Below the pieces are notes generated by a model. That model worked only from the letters and a program-made list of their open reading frames with translations. It did not search any database and was not told where the DNA came from. From an uncultured Actinomycetes bacterium (GTDB taxonomy: Bacteria > Actinomycetota > Thermoleophilia > Gaiellales > Gaiellaceae), in NCBI GenBank assembly GCA_963848405.1, contig CAWKDP010000018.1, positions 65,857 to 129,856 on the forward strand: DNA of 64,000 nucleotides. Reading direction: 5' to 3'. Within the stretch, counting starts at the first letter, position 1; each line of letters opens with the position of its first letter. Position numbers and translations under genes: made by a program. Of the stretch, positions 33,985 to 42,478 are shown piece after piece.

Positions 33985-34019
33985 GGGCAAGAACGCGGGC
34001 AAGAACGCAGGCAGAACGC
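33985..34019. repeat. three tandem 12-bp direct repeats GGGCAAGAACGC / GGGCAAGAACGC / AGGCA-GAACGC
   Basis: Located 58-92 nt upstream of the ACAD-fold gene start. Read directly from the sequence. Confidence 0.8.
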
Positions 34020-34061
34020 GCGGGCCGGTCGGGCCCGGCCCCGCGCGGGAATCGTGTCCGG

Positions 34062-35036
34062 CTACCCGGTCTCGCCGGCGCGGCGGAGCCGGTCTTCCAG
34101 CAGCGAAGGCGCGTTCTGCGGCGCTGCCGGCGCCGGGGTCGCGCCGAGGCCGCTGTAGGAAACGGTGTACATCCAGGCGGAGGCACCTTTCCCCCAGGAC
34201 ACGACGATCTGGCGGAGGATGTCGTCCGGGCCGACGGTCAGCGCTGCGTCGAGCCGGGCGATCGGGTCTGCCGCCTCGTCGTGCGCCACGAACCCGAACG
34301 GCAGCACGCGAATGTGCTCCCCCTCCTTGAAGCTCGACTCCCTTGCGATCAGCCCGGCGGCGACGGTTCCGCTGTACACGGTGGAGCCGTTCTCCAGCCG
34401 GTCGCCCCTGAGCCCGCTGACTCCGCCCGCGAGCCTGCGCAGCGTGTCGCCCCGGACGTCCTCCCGCACCGCGGCGAGGTACTCGGCGGGTGTCGTCCCG
34501 CTGTCGGGGTCGATGCTCCGCGGGTCGCCGAGCTCGATCCAGCCACCGGGGACTCCCGGGTCGATGCCGTAGAGGACGCCGTCGACGACGAGCAATTCGC
34601 GCCTCCCCAGTCGCAGGGGGAAGTCGCGGGAGACGGACACGTCGCCGCCGTTCCAGCGCACCGTCGTCCCGGCCCAGGGCTCACCGCCGTGCATGATCCG
34701 GACGACGGCCGTGCCGGAACGATCGGCCGAGGCAGCGGTGACGATCGCGGCCTTCTCGATCGCAGCCGTGGCGTCCTCGACGCCGCGACCGCCAGGCGAC
34801 CCGATCGTGAGGACCGCGGCCACGGCGGCCACGAGAGCGAGCGCAGCGCCCGCCGTCGAGACGTGCACGAGACGGCCGCGTGGTCTGCGCTCTCTGCGCG
34901 GTGCCGGGTCACTCCGGGATGCCGTGTCGATCCGCGCGCGCGCCGAGTCTCCGGCTGTCGCGACCGCCTGCGCGAACCCTGCGCGCGCTCGCGGGTTCGC
35001 CCGTCGCAGCGCCTCGAAGCTCTCAGTCCTGTTCAT
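34062..35036 (-). CDS. single-pass membrane protein, putative anti-sigma factor / ECF partner
   Basis: Track ORF trimmed to ATG 35036 (ATGA overlap with the sigma-factor stop). MNRTESFEALRRANPRA.., TM segment AGAALALVAAVAAVLTIG, and an extracytoplasmic domain of unknown family. Confidence 0.6.
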   Translation of the reverse strand: MNRTESFEALRRANPRARAGFAQAVATAGDSARARIDTASRSDPAPRRERRPRGRLVHVSTAGAALALVAAVAAVLTIGSPGGRGVEDATAAIEKAAIVTAASADRSGTAVVRIMHGGEPWAGTTVRWNGGDVSVSRDFPLRLGRRELLVVDGVLYGIDPGVPGGWIELGDPRSIDPDSGTTPAEYLAAVREDVRGDTLRRLAGGVSGLRGDRLENGSTVYSGTVAAGLIARESSFKEGEHIRVLPFGFVAHDEAADPIARLDAALTVGPDDILRQIVVSWGKGASAWMYTVSYSGLGATPAPAAPQNAPSLLEDRLRRAGETG

Positions 35037-35677
35037 GATCCTCCTTCGCGAACGTGGGCCACTCTGCTCGGTCGCGCGGCCGTCGCCGGACGGCGCCCGA
35101 AGTCCTGTTCCGTGCCGTATGCCTCCTGCTGGGCCTCCCGCCGCGGCTGCTCGCCTGTCTCGCGTGCGCGGAGCTCCTCGAAGACCGCCCGGAACCGGCG
35201 CCGTGCCCGGTGAAGCCGCCCGCGAGCGGTCACCGTGAGGCACCCGAGCACACCAGCCATCTGCGCCGGCGACAGGCCTTCCCACTCCGCGAGGAGAAGA
35301 ACCTCGCGATCGCGCGACGCCAGGGAGCGAAGCGCTTCACGCACGAGCATCTCGTCTCCGTCCTGCGCCGGCTCGTGTTGAGCCGGCGTCGCCTCGAGCG
35401 CGAGCCGCTCCTGCAATGCCAGCAGGCGGCGCCGCGACCGACGCTGGTTCGCCATCACCCTCCGCGCCGTTGCATAGAGCCAGACGCGCGCCGCGTCTCC
35501 CTCGGGCAGGTCGTCCAGGCGCCGCCAGGCTGTCAGGAACACGTCAGACACGGCGTCCTGCGCGTCGCTCGGCGAGCCGGCGCGCCAGCCGCAGTACGCG
35601 ACGACGTCCTCGCCGTACGACGCGAAGAGTGCATCGAAGCGCTGCCTGCGCTCGCTCTCGCTTTCCCTCTCTCTCAC
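35033..35677 (-). CDS. ECF-type sigma-70 family RNA polymerase sigma factor
   Basis: Start placed at GTG 35677 (AGGAGG 7 nt upstream). The track start at 35728 is possible. FDALFASYGEDVVAY..AQDAVSDVFLTAWRR (region 2), REVLLLAEWEGLSPAQMAGVLGCLTVTARGRLHRAR (region 4). Confidence 0.85.
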   Translation of the reverse strand: MRERESESERRQRFDALFASYGEDVVAYCGWRAGSPSDAQDAVSDVFLTAWRRLDDLPEGDAARVWLYATARRVMANQRRSRRRLLALQERLALEATPAQHEPAQDGDEMLVREALRSLASRDREVLLLAEWEGLSPAQMAGVLGCLTVTARGRLHRARRRFRAVFEELRARETGEQPRREAQQEAYGTEQDFGRRPATAARPSRVAHVREGGS

Positions 35678-35771
35678 GCACACACCTCCTAGCGGACCCA
35701 GGCGGGAGAACCGGCTCAACCCGTCCATGTCCGGCGGGCGCGCGATCGTTTGCGACGTCAGGAGCGCCGCG

Positions 35772-37817
35772 TCACGACGCGGACGCGAGCACTGCGAGCA
35801 GATCGTCGCCGTAGCGCTCGAGCTTGACCGGGCCGAAGCCCTTCACGCCGGCGAGCTCGTCCAGCGTCTGCGGGCGGAGGGCCGCGAGCTCCCTGAGCGT
35901 CGCGTCGTGGAGGACGACGTACGCCGGAACGGCGTCTTCCTGCGAGCGCTCGAGGCGCCAGCCGCGGAGCCGCGTCACGAGACCCTCGTCGACGTCAGCG
36001 TCCGAGCTCGTCCTGATGCGCGGCGGGGGCACCGACGGATCGACGTTCAGGACGCGGAAGCCGTCGGGCGTCGTCACCTCCACGAGAGCGCCGGAGACCT
36101 CGACGAGCCGCACCCAGCGGCGCACGTCCGCGTCGGTCGCCGCTGCGAGCAGGCGGTACGCCGGCGAGCGGCGGGCTGAGGGAGGCGCTTTCAGCGAGCC
36201 GCGCAGCGTCGCGACGAGACTCCGTTGCCCGAGTGGCCAGGTCAGGGAGGCGACGGCTTCGACGATCGCCTCGCCCACGTCTTCGGGGAGCGGTGGGGGA
36301 GGGCTCGCGACCGATGCCGATCCGCGCGTCAGCGGAGCGCACACGTCGCAGGCGCCGCACGGGGCCGAGAACTCCTCCCCGAAGTGCTCGGCGACCTGCT
36401 CGTGCCGGCACATCCGGGTCTCTGCGAAGGCAACCACCCGGTCGGCGCGCGACTCGGCGACGAGCTGCGCGCGGTGGAGCAGCGCCTCGACCCGCTCGCG
36501 CGCGTCCGTCGGGGCGGTCGGGAGCTCGATCCGCATGCGCCGCCCCTCGTCGAAGCTCCGTTGGACCAGACCCGCCTGCTCGAGCATTCCGACGAGCACG
36601 CGCGCGTCACATTCGGGCACGAGGAACGCGAGCTCGTCCGGATCGACGAGGCCGCCCGCGTCCCGCAGCGCGCCGTACACGGAGCGAAGCTCCGAAGCCG
36701 CGGGCACGTCCGAGACCGCGAACCTCCGTAGCGCGGCGGCGTCGCTTGGGCTCGCGAGGAGCAGGGTCTGGCTCGGCTCGCCGTCGCGTCCCGCGCGACC
36801 CACCATCTGCACGTAGCCCTCGACCGAGTCGGGATAGTTGACGAGGCAGACGAGCCGCACGTCGGGCTTGTCGATGCCCATGCCGAACGCGGTCGTCGCG
36901 ACGACGGCCTGCACTCCGCCTGCGACGAATTCGTCCTGGACGCGCGTTCGCTCCTCGGCAGCGAGGCCTGCGTGGTAGTGCTCGGCCCGGAAACCGTGAC
37001 CGCGCAGCACGCGGGCGAGCTCCTCGGTCGATCGGCGCGAGCGCGCGTAAACGATCGCCGAGCCTCCCCGTAGGGCGCGAAGCCGCTCGACGAGGATCGC
37101 GATCCGGTCCTCGGCGTTCGCCACCTGCTCGACGTCGTAGCGGAGGTTCGGGCGCATGACGCTCGTGTGCACCACGTCGAACGTGCGACCGAGGGCCTGT
37201 CCGATGTCTCGCGCAGTCTCGGGCGTCGCTGTCGCCGTCATCCCGAGCAGGGTGGGCTCGCCGAGGGCCTCGAGCCCGCGCCGGATGAAGAGGTAGTCCG
37301 GCCGGAAATCGTGCCCCCACATGCTCACGCAGTGCACCTCGTCGACGACGACAAGGCCGATGCCGACCTCGGACAGGAGCTCGACGAAGCGGGCCTGCCG
37401 CAGGCGTTCGGGCGCTGCGTAGACGAGCCGCGTCGCGCCCGCCGACACGGCGGCGAGCCGCTCGGCTGTCTCCTCGGCGGAGAGCGAGGAGTTGACGAAG
37501 GTCGCCGTCGCCGCGATCCGCGGCGGGAGCTTGTCGACCTGGTCCTTCATCAGCGCGATGAGTGGCGAGAGGACGAGCGTCGGCTCGGACCGCAGCATCG
37601 CGGCGAGCTGGTACGTGAGCGACTTCCCCGAGCCGGTCGGCATGAGCGCGAGCGTGTCTCGCCCCTCGACGGCCGCCCGTACGACGTCCTCCTGCCCGGG
37701 GCGGAAGGCAGCGAAGCCGAAGAGCTCGCGGAGCGGGGAGACGAGATCGGTCAGGCGGGCGAGTATAGGAGTGCCGTCGGGCGGCTTCGTGCCAACTTCG
37801 TCGTGATTTCGTGCCAA
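35772..37817 (-). CDS. recQ: RecQ-family ATP-dependent DNA helicase with HRDC domain
   Basis: LALMPTGSGKSLTYQL, VVDEVHCVSMWGHDFRPDY, Zn motif CRHEQVAEHFGEEFSAPCGACDVC, C-terminal HRDC-like LHDATLRELAALRPQTLDELAGVKGFG. Start set at TTG 37817 just after GAGGAGG. The track start (38192) would overlap the cupin gene. Confidence 0.85.
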   Translation of the reverse strand: MARNHDEVGTKPPDGTPILARLTDLVSPLRELFGFAAFRPGQEDVVRAAVEGRDTLALMPTGSGKSLTYQLAAMLRSEPTLVLSPLIALMKDQVDKLPPRIAATATFVNSSLSAEETAERLAAVSAGATRLVYAAPERLRQARFVELLSEVGIGLVVVDEVHCVSMWGHDFRPDYLFIRRGLEALGEPTLLGMTATATPETARDIGQALGRTFDVVHTSVMRPNLRYDVEQVANAEDRIAILVERLRALRGGSAIVYARSRRSTEELARVLRGHGFRAEHYHAGLAAEERTRVQDEFVAGGVQAVVATTAFGMGIDKPDVRLVCLVNYPDSVEGYVQMVGRAGRDGEPSQTLLLASPSDAAALRRFAVSDVPAASELRSVYGALRDAGGLVDPDELAFLVPECDARVLVGMLEQAGLVQRSFDEGRRMRIELPTAPTDARERVEALLHRAQLVAESRADRVVAFAETRMCRHEQVAEHFGEEFSAPCGACDVCAPLTRGSASVASPPPPLPEDVGEAIVEAVASLTWPLGQRSLVATLRGSLKAPPSARRSPAYRLLAAATDADVRRWVRLVEVSGALVEVTTPDGFRVLNVDPSVPPPRIRTSSDADVDEGLVTRLRGWRLERSQEDAVPAYVVLHDATLRELAALRPQTLDELAGVKGFGPVKLERYGDDLLAVLASAS

Positions 37818-37828
37818 TGCCTCCTCGC

Positions 37829-38239
37829 TCAGTCGGCGATCGGCGACGCCCCGTACTCCTCGTCGCTGACGTGGTCGCCCCACGTTGCTGCATTGCCTTC
37901 GTCGTCGACCTCGAGCATCGCGAGGTGTGTCATGAAGCGCGTCTGTGCTGCGCCGTGCCAGTGCTCCTCTCCCGGCTCGAAGAACACCCGGTCCCCGGGG
38001 CGGATCATCTCGATCGGCCCGCCGCGCCGCTGCGCGAGCCCGACGCCCTCGAGAACGTAGATCGTCTGGCCGTTCGGGTGCGTGTGCCACGCCGTGCGTG
38101 CGCCCGGCGTGAAGTGGACACTGCTCGCGCTCAGGCGCGATGCGCCCGCCGGCGTTGCGACCGCGTCCAGGAAGACCGCGCCGGTGAACCACTCACTCGG
38201 CCCCGCCGTCGTCTCGATGTCGTTCCTCGTGATGTGCAT
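37829..38239 (-). CDS. cupin-domain protein
   Basis: VHFTPGARTAWHTHPNGQTIYVLEGVG..GDRVFFEPGEEHWHGA. 136 aa. Confidence 0.85.
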   Translation of the reverse strand: MHITRNDIETTAGPSEWFTGAVFLDAVATPAGASRLSASSVHFTPGARTAWHTHPNGQTIYVLEGVGLAQRRGGPIEMIRPGDRVFFEPGEEHWHGAAQTRFMTHLAMLEVDDEGNAATWGDHVSDEEYGASPIAD

Positions 38240-38267
38240 GACTGGCCTCCTAATCTCGATCCGTGTT

Positions 38268-39431
38268 TCAGGCAGCGACCTCGGGGTGCCTGAGCTGGAC
38301 CCGTTGCTCGCGATAGCGGAGCGCCTCCCACGCCACGATCAGCGAGCACACGGCGCTCACGAGCGCGAGCGCCGCAAGGGCGGGGAGCGCGAGGGCAGCG
38401 GGCACGAGGGCGAGCAGCACGACCGCCCCGAGCGTCCGCCGCCGAAAGATGTAGCCGGTCATCCGGAAGAGAAACGCGACGTGCGCAAGCAGGTAAAGCG
38501 CGGCTCCTGCGCAAAGCCCCACCGCGGGCACCGTGTCGAGCGCCTCGCCGACGTGGTCGAGCGTCGTCTTGAGGCCGAGTGCGAAGAGGACGATGCCGGC
38601 GACCATCGGCAGGTGGAGGTAGCTGTAGGCGTACAGGGCGAGCCGGTGCAGCTCGAGCCCCGTGGCCTGCATGAGCCGCCTCCGCGCAATGATCGCCGCC
38701 ACGTCGAAGTAGAGCCACCAGAGTGCCGAGACGACCGCGATTCCGAGCGTCGCACCGACGATCACTCGCGCTTCGAGCTCGAACCCGGCGCCGACGCCGA
38801 TAGCAATGAGGGACTCGCCGAGCGCGATCAGGATGATGAGGCTGTGCCGTTCGGCGAAATGCTCGGGCGCCACGCGCCAGCCGCTCCCGACGCCGACGAC
38901 GACCGGGCCGAGGTAGTCGACCGCGAGCGCGACGACCCAGACCGCGATCCGAATGTCCCCCTCGAGGAACCCGGCCAGCACGATCAGCAACGAGCCGAAG
39001 ATCGCAGTCGGCACGAAGCGGAAGACCGCGCCCCACCGGTCAGGGTCGTCGCGTGCGACGGTGGCGGTGAGGACGAGATGAAGGAGGCGGACGACGAAGT
39101 AGGCGACACCGAACAGCACGGCGTCGTCTCCGAAGGCGCCCGGGACGGACAGGGCGACCAGGAGCATCGCCCCCATCGCGGCGAGCATCGTGAGACGGAC
39201 GCCACCCTCGTCGACATCGATCGCGCTCGTCAGCCACGCGTACGTGCTCCACGCCCACCAGAGCGCCGCCAGGACCAGCATCCCGCGGAGCACGCCGCCC
39301 CACGTGGGGTCGTCCGCGAGCAGGATCGTGACCTGGGTGATGGCGAACACGAAGGCCAGGTCGAAGAAGAGCTCCAGCGGCGTGACCTGGTGCTCGTCGC
39401 GGTGGTCGAGCTCGCGTGCGGCTTCGGACAC
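38268..39431 (-). CDS. LtrA (low-temperature-requirement A) family membrane protein
   Basis: VTPLELFFDLAFVFAITQVT.., 10-11 TM segments, 387 aa. Confidence 0.8.
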   Translation of the reverse strand: MSEAARELDHRDEHQVTPLELFFDLAFVFAITQVTILLADDPTWGGVLRGMLVLAALWWAWSTYAWLTSAIDVDEGGVRLTMLAAMGAMLLVALSVPGAFGDDAVLFGVAYFVVRLLHLVLTATVARDDPDRWGAVFRFVPTAIFGSLLIVLAGFLEGDIRIAVWVVALAVDYLGPVVVGVGSGWRVAPEHFAERHSLIILIALGESLIAIGVGAGFELEARVIVGATLGIAVVSALWWLYFDVAAIIARRRLMQATGLELHRLALYAYSYLHLPMVAGIVLFALGLKTTLDHVGEALDTVPAVGLCAGAALYLLAHVAFLFRMTGYIFRRRTLGAVVLLALVPAALALPALAALALVSAVCSLIVAWEALRYREQRVQLRHPEVAA

Positions 39432-39479
39432 GCGCCGACAGTAGCCCAGCTGCGCATACCCGCCAGGCGGGCTTCGTCG

Positions 39480-39932
39480 TTACCGCCAGGGGATCTGGAA
39501 GCTCGCGAGCTCGGCGTCGCGCGGCAGGCCGTCCGCAGGCAGCTCGTCGTAGTCGCCTGCCTGGTGCGTGTACCAATGTCCGGCGATCCGGAGCCCGGTC
39601 GGGCGCTCGAGCGTCCCGACGGCGATGTTGATCCGGTCGCCGTCGGCGGGCTGCCAGAAGAGACTCGAGCCGCAGTCGCCGCAGAAGGCGCGACGCGCGT
39701 GACGGTCGCTCCCCGGGCTCGCGATCCAGCGGAGCGCGCGATCGTCCGCGATCGCGAAGTGCTCGACATGAACGGAGGTGAACGCCCCGACATAGCCGCC
39801 CCAGCGCCGGCACTCGACGCAGTGGCAGAGGAGGACGTCGCGGAGCTCGCCGCGCACCTCGTAGCGAACGGCGCCGCACAGGCACCGTCCGGTCGCCCGC
39901 AGCCCTGCGCCCCGTTCGGTCTCGGTAGTCAC
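39480..39932 (-). CDS. GFA-family (glutathione-dependent formaldehyde-activating / CENP-V-like) zinc protein
   Basis: GRCLCGAVRYEV..LLCHCVECRRWGG..AFCGDCGSSLFW. Start placed at GTG 39932. The track start at 40019 adds non-conserved residues. Confidence 0.75.
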   Translation of the reverse strand: MTTETERGAGLRATGRCLCGAVRYEVRGELRDVLLCHCVECRRWGGYVGAFTSVHVEHFAIADDRALRWIASPGSDRHARRAFCGDCGSSLFWQPADGDRINIAVGTLERPTGLRIAGHWYTHQAGDYDELPADGLPRDAELASFQIPWR

Positions 39933-40005
39933 CGCTGGAGCGCAAGGTACAAGCTGTCGGGAGCGAACGTGCTCTCGCCAACGCGGATCGTGACGAGGTG
40001 ACCTA

Positions 40006-40019
40006 GTGTCAATTGACAC
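40006..40019. promoter_or_regulatory. perfect 14-bp palindrome GTGTCAATTGACAC in a divergent promoter region
   Basis: Reads as two back-to-back TTGACA hexamers, one per strand. Lies between the GFA gene and the cytochrome c lipoprotein gene. Confidence 0.35.
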
Positions 40020-40076
40020 CGGGCGCTCGACGGCCCAGAGCCGATACCCCGCACCGTTGGCCGCTACGCTCGTTCC

Positions 40077-41483
40077 TTGCTCTCGCAGCGCGCAACCCGT
40101 TTCGTTCCCCTAGCGATCGCCTTCGCGGTCGTGCTCGTCGGCACCGGCTGCGGCGGGTCGAGTGACTCGCCCGAGTCGAGCGCCGCGGGCGCGCGTCTGT
40201 TCAGCGAAGCCGGGTGCGCCGACTGCCATGCCTTGACGGCAGCGGGCGCCCGCGCACGGGTCGGCCCGGACCTCGATGCCATCGCGCCGAGCTTCGCCAC
40301 GGTCGCCCAGCAGGTGCGCGAGGGCGGCGGGGGGATGCCGGCTTTCTCCGGCCAGCTGAGCGAGCAGGAGATCTCCGAGATCGCGAGCTTCGTCTCGAGC
40401 GCGACCGGCGGCTCGACCGACGAAACGGACGCTGCGACTGCCGCTGAGTTCACGCCCGACGACACGAAGCTCGAGAGCTGCGAGGGAAGGTTTTCCTGCC
40501 TCGAGCAGGCGTTCGGAAATCTCGCGTACGAGGCCGGCCCGAAGGACGCGCTCGCCGAGTTCGACCGGCAGATCGCCGCCGACCCGGAGATCGAGCGCAA
40601 CTGCCATCGGATCGCGCACATGATCGGGGCGGCCGCGCTCGTGCGCTTCGAGGGCCGGGTCGGGAAGGCGTTCGCGGAGGGGTCTGCCAGCTGCTGGTCG
40701 GGCTACTACCACGGGATCCTCGAGCGCGCGTACAGGGACGTCTCGCCGGACGAGCTTGGCCCGGTGTCGCGCGAGCTCTGCTCGGACGCGGACGTGCGCC
40801 GAACCGCGTTCATCGCGTACCAGTGCGTCCACGGCCTCGGCCACGGGCTGATGCTGTTCACGAGCTACGACCTGCCGAAGTCGCTCTCCGTGTGCGACGA
40901 GCTCGCAACGTCGTGGGATCAGACCTCCTGCACGGGCGGCGTCTTCATGGAGAACATCTCGTCCTCGTACGGCATCAAGTCGAAGTGGCTCCGCGACGAC
41001 GACCCGATCTACCCCTGCAAGACGGTCGCGGAGCGGCACAAGCTCTACTGCTACCTGATGGTGACCTCGCGAATCCTCCAGTTCGTGAGCTACGACTTCG
41101 GCAAGGCCGCGAAGATCTGCCGCCGGAGCGATGCGGCCTGGGTCGCGACCTGCTTCCAGTCGCTGGGCCGGGACGCTTCGGGCCAGACCCGCGGGACCGT
41201 CCCCGAGATCCTCGCGATCTGCAAGAAGGGCGGCGACATGGAGCGCGAGTGCGTGTACGGCGCCGGGCGCGACTTGACGAGCAACGACGGCGGCTCGCAG
41301 CGATCCAGGGTGCTCTGCCGAACCGCGGCGGCGCCGCTCCAGGACTACTGCTTCGAGGGGATCGGGACGATCCTCGGCGGGCTCTACGCGACGACTCCGG
41401 AGCGCGAGGCGTCGTGTGACGCCGTGTCGCCCAAAGCCGCGCCCCGGGCCGCGTGCCGTCGCGGCGCAGGGCTACCGGCCTAG
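40077..41483 (+). CDS. probable lipoprotein: N-terminal mono-haem cytochrome c domain + large Cys/His-rich domain of unknown function
   Basis: TTG start. Signal LAIAFAVVLVGTGC. Haem motif CADCH with distal GGGGMPAF. The C-terminal roughly 330 aa have about 18 Cys and motifs NCHRIAHMIG, SCWSGYYHG, QCVHGLGHG. Confidence 0.7.
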   Translation: MLSQRATRFVPLAIAFAVVLVGTGCGGSSDSPESSAAGARLFSEAGCADCHALTAAGARARVGPDLDAIAPSFATVAQQVREGGGGMPAFSGQLSEQEISEIASFVSSATGGSTDETDAATAAEFTPDDTKLESCEGRFSCLEQAFGNLAYEAGPKDALAEFDRQIAADPEIERNCHRIAHMIGAAALVRFEGRVGKAFAEGSASCWSGYYHGILERAYRDVSPDELGPVSRELCSDADVRRTAFIAYQCVHGLGHGLMLFTSYDLPKSLSVCDELATSWDQTSCTGGVFMENISSSYGIKSKWLRDDDPIYPCKTVAERHKLYCYLMVTSRILQFVSYDFGKAAKICRRSDAAWVATCFQSLGRDASGQTRGTVPEILAICKKGGDMERECVYGAGRDLTSNDGGSQRSRVLCRTAAAPLQDYCFEGIGTILGGLYATTPEREASCDAVSPKAAPRAACRRGAGLPA

Positions 41484-41650
41484 ATGCTTGACCCGAAATT
41501 CCCGCGAGCCGGATGACGGCCACGACACGGCGCCGGATCGTCACCCTCGCACGTCGCACAGGCTCTCGAGCCTGCACGACGCACGAGTGTGGCGCCCGGC
41601 TTGGTCGTGACCGCCCCCGCCGGCGCGCCAATTTCGGGTCAAGCATCTAG
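41480..41650. repeat. 171-bp palindromic element with 21-bp perfect terminal inverted repeats
   Basis: CTAGATGCTTGACCCGAAATT (41480-41500) versus AATTTCGGGTCAAGCATCTAG (41630-41650). Imperfect central palindrome CGTCGcaCAGGCTCtcGAGCCTGcaCGACG (41552-41581). The termini contain the TAG stops of both flanking convergent genes. Confidence 0.9.
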
Positions 41651-42060
41651 CTGCTCGGCTCGTCTTCGTCCCTGCGGGCGAGGACGACGAAGGCGCCGCC
41701 GACGTGGCTCTGCGTGCGCTCGAGCAAGACCTCGACGGCGACCGCGAACTCTCCGTCGTCGGTCTCGGAGAACGGCCGCCAGCCCTCCCAGAGAACGAGC
41801 GTGCCACGGGACGAGCGCACGTCGCTCAGGCTGTCGGCGAGCGCGTCCCAGTTCCGTCCGAAGTGCTCCGGGAAGCCGAAGGCGCGCGCGGCTTCGTCGA
41901 GGAACCCCCGCTTGTCCCGGACCGACGACGTGTCGAGATGGACGAACCGCCAGCCGGAGCGCTCGACCTGCTCGCGGACGTCCTTTGCTTCGGCGTGAGA
42001 CGACCAGTAGAAGAATCCGGGCGGGCGCCTGCCCGCGAGCACGTCCTCGAGCCAGGTCAC
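41647..42060 (-). CDS. barstar-like ribonuclease inhibitor
   Basis: Track ORF trimmed to GTG 42060 (GTGA overlap with the RNase stop). FVHLDTSSVRDKRGFLDEAARAFGFPEHFGRNWDALADSLSD..LVLWEGW fits the barstar family. Confidence 0.75.
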   Translation of the reverse strand: MTWLEDVLAGRRPPGFFYWSSHAEAKDVREQVERSGWRFVHLDTSSVRDKRGFLDEAARAFGFPEHFGRNWDALADSLSDVRSSRGTLVLWEGWRPFSETDDGEFAVAVEVLLERTQSHVGGAFVVLARRDEDEPSS

Positions 42061-42467
42061 GACACGATCCTCCGGAACGAGTCGTAGTGGTCGTCGGTGT
42101 AGTACAGCTCGCCTTCCGCTCCCGTCACGATCCGCCGCGCGCCGCGATCGTTCGAGCCGGGGGTGACGACCGTGTACTCGCGGTAGTAGCCGCGCTCCTC
42201 GCTCGGCAGGAGACCTTCGCGGTTCTGGAACACGACGCCGTCGCGGTCGAACGGGAACGGCCCGTCCGATTCGATCAGCTCGAGAGTGTCCCGTGCCTGC
42301 GGCGGCAGGGCGGCGAGCGCGATCCAGGGCAGGCCGCTCTCCGCGTCGGTCGCGGCCGTGCTCGTGGCAGCCGGAGGCGACGAGTCGCCCGCGAGCGTGC
42401 TCGCCCACCAGCCCACCAGAGCAACGAGTGTCACTCCGAACAGCACGAGGAGCACGCGCCGTCTCAT
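42057..42467 (-). CDS. secreted guanyl-specific ribonuclease (RNase Sa / barnase / N1-T1 superfamily)
   Basis: Track ORF trimmed to ATG 42467. Signal/TM MRRRVLLVLFGVTLVALVGWWA. VFQNREGLLP..YYREYTVVTPGSNDRGARRIVTG..GELYYTDDHYDSFRRI. Confidence 0.8.
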   Translation of the reverse strand: MRRRVLLVLFGVTLVALVGWWASTLAGDSSPPAATSTAATDAESGLPWIALAALPPQARDTLELIESDGPFPFDRDGVVFQNREGLLPSEERGYYREYTVVTPGSNDRGARRIVTGAEGELYYTDDHYDSFRRIVS

Positions 42468-42478
42468 GCCGCGTGACG

